Positions 41,673 through 45,368 of a DNA stretch of 45,368 nt are shown here, piece by piece. The DNA is taken from IMG/VR virus record IMGVR_UViG_3300029471_000005. One strand, written 5' to 3'. The position numbers were made by a program, and so were the translations under genes. A model generated the notes under the pieces. That model was not told the origin of the DNA. It saw only the letters and a list, made by a program, of their open reading frames with translations, and made no database searches. Positions within the stretch are counted from its first letter, which is position 1. Every line of letters begins with the position of its first letter. The DNA comes from a virus.

Positions 41673-42097
41673 GAGAAATTCTTTTCAAGGGAAAGCGGAT
41701 TGATAATGGAGAATGGGTTGAGGGATGTTACGCGGAACGCAATGGCAAGACATTCATTGGAATTGATATATCCATTGGCGTTGATGATATATTTAAGGTT
41801 TTTTGTACTCCTGTAATTAGGTGGCTTGAAGTCGATCCAGAAACCCTCTGCCAGTTCACGGGGGAGACTGACAAGAACGGTAAGAGGATCTGGGAGAGCG
41901 ATGTTGTTTGGCTTGTTTATGATGGGAAAGAACATATTTATCAGATAGTTTGGGATAACTCTGAATTAGATTTTAAAGCGACCAATGGTGAAGAAAATTA
42001 CGGATCGAATTTTGAATATTTACTATGTTGCGATGAAATTGAAGTTATTGGAAACATTTTCGACAATAAAGAATTATTACAAGGAAGTGTAAAATGA
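41669..42097 (+). CDS. YopX-family protein
   Basis: N-terminus REILFKGKRIDNGEWVEGCY and C-terminal IEVIGNIFDN are typical of YopX. Confidence 0.6.
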   Translation: MREILFKGKRIDNGEWVEGCYAERNGKTFIGIDISIGVDDIFKVFCTPVIRWLEVDPETLCQFTGETDKNGKRIWESDVVWLVYDGKEHIYQIVWDNSELDFKATNGEENYGSNFEYLLCCDEIEVIGNIFDNKELLQGSVK

Positions 42098-42813
42098 GAG
42101 AGTTTATACATGGTGACTGCATGAAATATTTACCGGAATTTCCGGACGATTACTTTGATATTGCCATAGTAGACCCTCCATATGGAATAAAAGAGCATGG
42201 AGGAAAGAATCGAAGTAAATATGTAAAGCAGAAAAATGGAAGTTCTATATACGTTCCAGACGGAGGATATAAAAATTTTGGATGGGACAATTCGCCTCCT
42301 GAACCTGAATATTTTAAACAATTGTTCAGAGTTTCTAAAAATCAAATTATATGGGGAGCAAATTATTTTGATTACCCAATGACTGGCGGGATGATTATAT
42401 GGGATAAATGCAATGATGGTTCCGACCAGTCTGATGCAGAAATTGCGTTCAACAGTCTAACAAGAAGAGTAGATATATTCAGATACATGTGGAGAGGAAT
42501 GTTTCAAGGAAAATCAATTGCTGAAGGAACTATTCAACAAGGAAATAAGAAATTAAATGAAAAGAGAATTCATCCAACACAGAAGCCGGTAAATCTATAC
42601 AGGTGGATTTGCCAGAAATATCTGCAGAAAGGAATGATGGTGCTTGATACACATACAGGAAGTGCCAGCTCTCTAATTGCTTATGAAGAATATGGGATCG
42701 AATATATAGCTTTTGAAATTAATGAAGAATATTACCTCAACGCAAAGAAGCGGTTGAATGAGTTTAAACAGCAGTATACATTATTTGATTACGGATTGGA
42801 GGAACACAAATGA
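42094..42813 (+). CDS. DNA methyltransferase (beta-class N6A/N4C, N6_N4_Mtase-like)
   Basis: Motif IV IVDPPYGI lies near the N-terminus and the AdoMet motif VLDTHTGSASS near the C-terminus. Confidence 0.8.
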   Translation: MREFIHGDCMKYLPEFPDDYFDIAIVDPPYGIKEHGGKNRSKYVKQKNGSSIYVPDGGYKNFGWDNSPPEPEYFKQLFRVSKNQIIWGANYFDYPMTGGMIIWDKCNDGSDQSDAEIAFNSLTRRVDIFRYMWRGMFQGKSIAEGTIQQGNKKLNEKRIHPTQKPVNLYRWICQKYLQKGMMVLDTHTGSASSLIAYEEYGIEYIAFEINEEYYLNAKKRLNEFKQQYTLFDYGLEEHK

Positions 42814-43052
42814 GTAGTGCAAGCGTAAGATTCGGAACAAAAGCGTATGTATGCGCAAGGTACTTCCTTAGACCGGGAAAGTGCTTCAAATACATCGACC
42901 AGCGTGGCGAAGATGCCACAGAACACATCTATGAGGTCATGGCATTATATCCTTATTGTGCATTATTAAGAGATACCAGGAACGGAGTCAGAACTTGCCC
43001 GGGATATAATACTTTGAGCCTGATGCTGAGAGGAAGTGAAGCGAGTGAGTAA
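42810..43052 (+). CDS. Hypothetical protein (80 aa)
   Basis: ATGA overlap with the methyltransferase gene. Confidence 0.55.
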   Translation: MSSASVRFGTKAYVCARYFLRPGKCFKYIDQRGEDATEHIYEVMALYPYCALLRDTRNGVRTCPGYNTLSLMLRGSEASE

Positions 43053-43200
43053 AGGAAAAGACATTTCGACTATGTTTACAAGAGAAGAAAACCAAAAGAA
43101 CGGAAGGCTTGGATATGGACTGTCCACCAGAGAAAAGAAAAGTATTATCAGTCCGGCACAGTACGGAGCATTCTTGCAGAAAAGAGGTAGGAGAAGATGA
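43045..43200 (+). CDS. Small basic hypothetical protein (51 aa, GTG start)
   Basis: Fills the gap between two genes and overlaps both neighbours (the stop is part of an ATGA with the next gene); too short for the ORF track. Confidence 0.35.
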   Translation: MSKGKDISTMFTREENQKNGRLGYGLSTREKKSIISPAQYGAFLQKRGRRR

Positions 43201-43454
43201 GTAAATCAGTATTAATCATGAACACACCAAAAGGATGTTTTGCTTGCCCATTTCATATGGCAGATTTCAATTTTAATTTATGCCTTGCAACAAGAAATGA
43301 TTCAATCAGAACTATTTCTAAAGTAAGCCATGAAGGATTCAAAAAACTGGCAGGAAGACCCGAATGGTGTCCACTGAAAGAATTGCCAGAAAAATTGGAA
43401 GCGAGCACACGTGATAATGAAAGATGCGGTCAAGACGCGGAAAATAAGCGATAA
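43197..43454 (+). CDS. Hypothetical Cys-containing protein (85 aa)
   Basis: GCFACPF...C...RPEWCPLKELP. Confidence 0.55.
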   Translation: MSKSVLIMNTPKGCFACPFHMADFNFNLCLATRNDSIRTISKVSHEGFKKLAGRPEWCPLKELPEKLEASTRDNERCGQDAENKR

Positions 43455-43498
43455 AAATAAACAAGCGACAAAAACAAGCGGAAAGGAGAGGTGAAAGC

Positions 43499-43645
43499 AT
43501 GATTGACTTAACAAATACATGTGTTCTGGTTAGAACAAAAGAAGAAAATGAAATACTTCTCAAAGAAGCTGAGAAACAGGAATTCCATTGGTATAAAAAG
43601 ACCATTGCGAGCCATTACAAACACAATATTTTCCGGACATTTTAA
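43499..43645 (+). CDS. Hypothetical protein, upstream segment of a possibly frameshifted gene (48 aa)
   Basis: AAGGAGAGG RBS; the ORF contains TATAAAAAG at 43592-43600. Confidence 0.5.
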   Translation: MIDLTNTCVLVRTKEENEILLKEAEKQEFHWYKKTIASHYKHNIFRTF

Positions 43646-43854
43646 AATTTTATAAATATGATATAACTTATGCGGCAAGTGTCAGATCAGACTTTGCTTT
43701 CTATGAGGCATCAGAACTCCTCGGGACAAAAGAAATGACAGTAAGAGAGTTTATTGAGCGGATTGCAGATGTTTGTAGATACATCGAAGCTGGCAGTGGA
43801 GAAGTTAAAAGAGGTGAAGTAGATGGAGAGATTAACACGCAGATTAAACAATAA
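43597..43854 (+). CDS. Open -1 frame continuing the previous ORF (85 codons, no start or RBS of its own)
   Basis: The frame opens directly after an in-frame TAA at 43594-43596 inside the A5 run and stays open to TAA 43852-43854. Confidence 0.4.
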   Translation, partial: KDHCEPLQTQYFPDILKFYKYDITYAASVRSDFAFYEASELLGTKEMTVREFIERIADVCRYIEAGSGEVKRGEVDGEINTQIKQ

Positions 43855-44275
43855 TAAAATTGTTGCGATAAAAGGGGACAGTTGCGATTATAATGCGTAC
43901 TCATTTGATTGTCAGACTAGTGAAGAAAGAAAAAGATTAAAAACGGCATTAGAAAAACTTGCCAACTACGAAGACTTAGAAGAACAGGGCTTGCTTGTGA
44001 GATTGCCGTGTAAGGTTGGAGACACGGTTTGGGTGGTAACATCGCCAATTAATGTGTTTGGTTATGATGAATATGATGGAGATGCGGAATATGAAGTATA
44101 TGAATCTTTTTTATCAAGCGTATCTTATTATGCGTCTGGAGAACAATTCAGAATTTACGCAAAAGTAACGAATAGTTTTATTGCGGCATACTTTAGAGAA
44201 TGTGATTTTGGAGAATCTATATTCCTCACCCGTGAAGATGCTGAGAAGAAGTTGGAGGAGTTAGAAAATGAATAA
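43823..44275 (+). CDS. Hypothetical protein (150 aa)
   Basis: GAGGTGAAG RBS; ...LANYEDLEEQGLLVRLPCKVGDTVWVV... Confidence 0.6.
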   Translation: MERLTRRLNNNKIVAIKGDSCDYNAYSFDCQTSEERKRLKTALEKLANYEDLEEQGLLVRLPCKVGDTVWVVTSPINVFGYDEYDGDAEYEVYESFLSSVSYYASGEQFRIYAKVTNSFIAAYFRECDFGESIFLTREDAEKKLEELENE

Positions 44276-44477
44276 TGTGTATCTAGTAATTAGAGAAAAG
44301 GATAGTGTATTAGTCTCAATTATGAGGAACAAATTAGATGGTACGTATTCTTTTGTAAATTTAACAAAAGGACACATATGTACTTGTAAATTTAATACCG
44401 TTGAAGAAGCGGCAGAAGATATGCAAGGCAAAAAAGAAAACGGTGAAGTTTTAGATTATTTTAAAGTATGTGAATAA
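44268..44477 (+). CDS. Hypothetical protein (69 aa)
   Basis: GGAGG RBS; overlaps the upstream gene. Confidence 0.55.
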   Translation: MNNVYLVIREKDSVLVSIMRNKLDGTYSFVNLTKGHICTCKFNTVEEAAEDMQGKKENGEVLDYFKVCE

Positions 44478-44491
44478 ATGGGAGGATTAAC

Positions 44492-44779
44492 ATGAAACCA
44501 GAAGAAGCAATTAAAATCTTACAGGAACGTATTGGCTTAACTAAAAAGGTCTGGTCGAATGTACCAGAAATTATTAAGTACCGTGAAGCATTAGAATTAG
44601 CAGTTAAAGCGTTAGAAAAGCAGACCCCAATGAAGCCAAATAACATAAAATCTATTTTTGATTTTTCAGGCAGATACTATACGACAAAGGGCAATTGTCC
44701 AGTTTGCAATAGAGAGAGACTTTGTAAATCGGATTTTTATTGCAATAAGTGCGGACAGAGATTAGATTGGGAGGGGTGA
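44492..44779 (+). CDS. Hypothetical protein with C-terminal zinc ribbon (95 aa)
   Basis: CPVCN...CNKCGQ. Confidence 0.55.
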   Translation: MKPEEAIKILQERIGLTKKVWSNVPEIIKYREALELAVKALEKQTPMKPNNIKSIFDFSGRYYTTKGNCPVCNRERLCKSDFYCNKCGQRLDWEG

Positions 44780-44784
44780 AATAA

Positions 44785-45081
44785 ATGAATCTTAGAAAAG
44801 CTACACTAACTGATTATGGAGTGCCGCCGGATGATATACCGGCGCTTCAAAGTCATTTCAGACACCTTGACGAGAATGACAAGTACAATCTTCTGCAAGT
44901 GTCAATCAAATATGCACCAGGCATAGAATCACAGATATACGACAGCATAGTGAACTGCATAGGATACCGCACAATGGAGCGATTCCGAGATATGCCAGTA
45001 TCTGAAAATGATTTCTATGGGTACAAGCGCAGGACTATGGCAGAATACTATCATTTGGCAAAATTGACCGGAAGATTATAA
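44785..45081 (+). CDS. Putative regulator, paralog B (98 aa), last gene before the packaging operon
   Basis: Shares LTDYGVPPDDI...NDFYGYKRRT with 41100-41414; the position is typical of late-gene activators. Confidence 0.45.
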   Translation: MNLRKATLTDYGVPPDDIPALQSHFRHLDENDKYNLLQVSIKYAPGIESQIYDSIVNCIGYRTMERFRDMPVSENDFYGYKRRTMAEYYHLAKLTGRL

Positions 45082-45119
45082 AATTTATAAAAACTAAAAG
45101 TGGTGTAGAGGTACATAAC

Positions 45120-45176
45120 CCCTAGTGTGGTATTATAGTGTATATAACTATAGCTATGCTAGGGGATTTTTATTTA
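45120..45176 (+). terminator. Compound hairpin plus T-tract (terminator-like) upstream of the packaging genes
   Basis: CCCCTAG...CTAGGGG outer stem enclosing a TATAGT/ACTATA inner stem, followed by ATTTTTATTT. Confidence 0.55.
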
Positions 45177-45196
45177 TGAATTTATGAGGTGATGAT

Positions 45197-45368
45197 ATGG
45201 CAAATCTAAAATTAATACAGCGCAAACTTCAAAAGGCTATATTATCCACCGGATTAATTATAAAAATTGGAACGTCACAATTCTACAGCCATGAGCAGGA
45301 ACGATTAATTACAGTAACGATCATATCAACACCAGTGTTTAGACCAACAAAACGTGGTGAATGGAAAG
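45197..45368 (+). CDS. 5' part of the junction-spanning hypothetical protein (continues at base 100)
   Basis: GAGGTGA RBS, ATG 45197; the frame is open to the window end and continues to TGA 183-185. Confidence 0.6.
   Translation, partial: MANLKLIQRKLQKAILSTGLIIKIGTSQFYSHEQERLITVTIISTPVFRPTKRGEWK
45270..45368. repeat. End overlap copy 2, identical to 1-99
   Basis: Direct comparison of both ends; all 99 nt identical. Confidence 0.95.

Larger units (their letters stand above)
1..45368. mobile_element. Complete temperate siphovirus-type phage genome, circularly closed (unique length 45,269 bp)
   Basis: Full set of terminase, portal, capsid, tail, lysis, integrase, cI/Cro and replication genes; exact 99-bp overlap of the window ends. 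Confidence 0.85.

Overview
The window is a complete temperate siphovirus-type phage genome. Bases 1-99 are identical to 45270-45368, so the unique circle is 45,269 bp, and one 85-aa ORF spans the junction. AGGAGG-type ribosome binding sites and the protein families seen (Hol118-like holin, XkdX, CHAP/SH3b endolysin, BclA-C-terminal-like protein) suggest a Firmicutes or Clostridia-like host; this is inference. Module map: packaging 206-1837 (terminase with a small-subunit-like domain fused to the large subunit); portal 2171-3619; inserted RHH plus HNH_3/AP2 endonuclease-like cassette 3632-4582; Mu F-like head gene 4585-5814; a ~4.3 kb accessory island 5814-10156; scaffold and major capsid 10157-12035; connector/neck genes 12054-14484, interrupted by a DUF2829-like gene and a holin-like gene; tail 14564-24963; endolysin as its own transcription unit 25159-26589; attP-like region, integrase and moron genes on the minus strand 26590-29218; cI/Cro-type switch 29215-29946; early genes including an 18-bp x 20.5 hexapeptide-repeat gene 29943-33661; replication module plus iteron origin 33664-38186; many small late-early ORFs, an orphan methyltransferase and two paralogous putative regulators 38187-45081. 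The accessory island holds a Cys/His protein, a membrane protein, a small HTH gene, a terminator, a 12-bp tandem repeat, five low-complexity genes and three tRNA-like elements. The best candidates for something undescribed are this island, the tRNA-like cluster inside it, a structured leader duplicated upstream of the capsid and tail-tube genes, and the hexapeptide-repeat gene. All family assignments come from motif recognition by eye and need profile searches.
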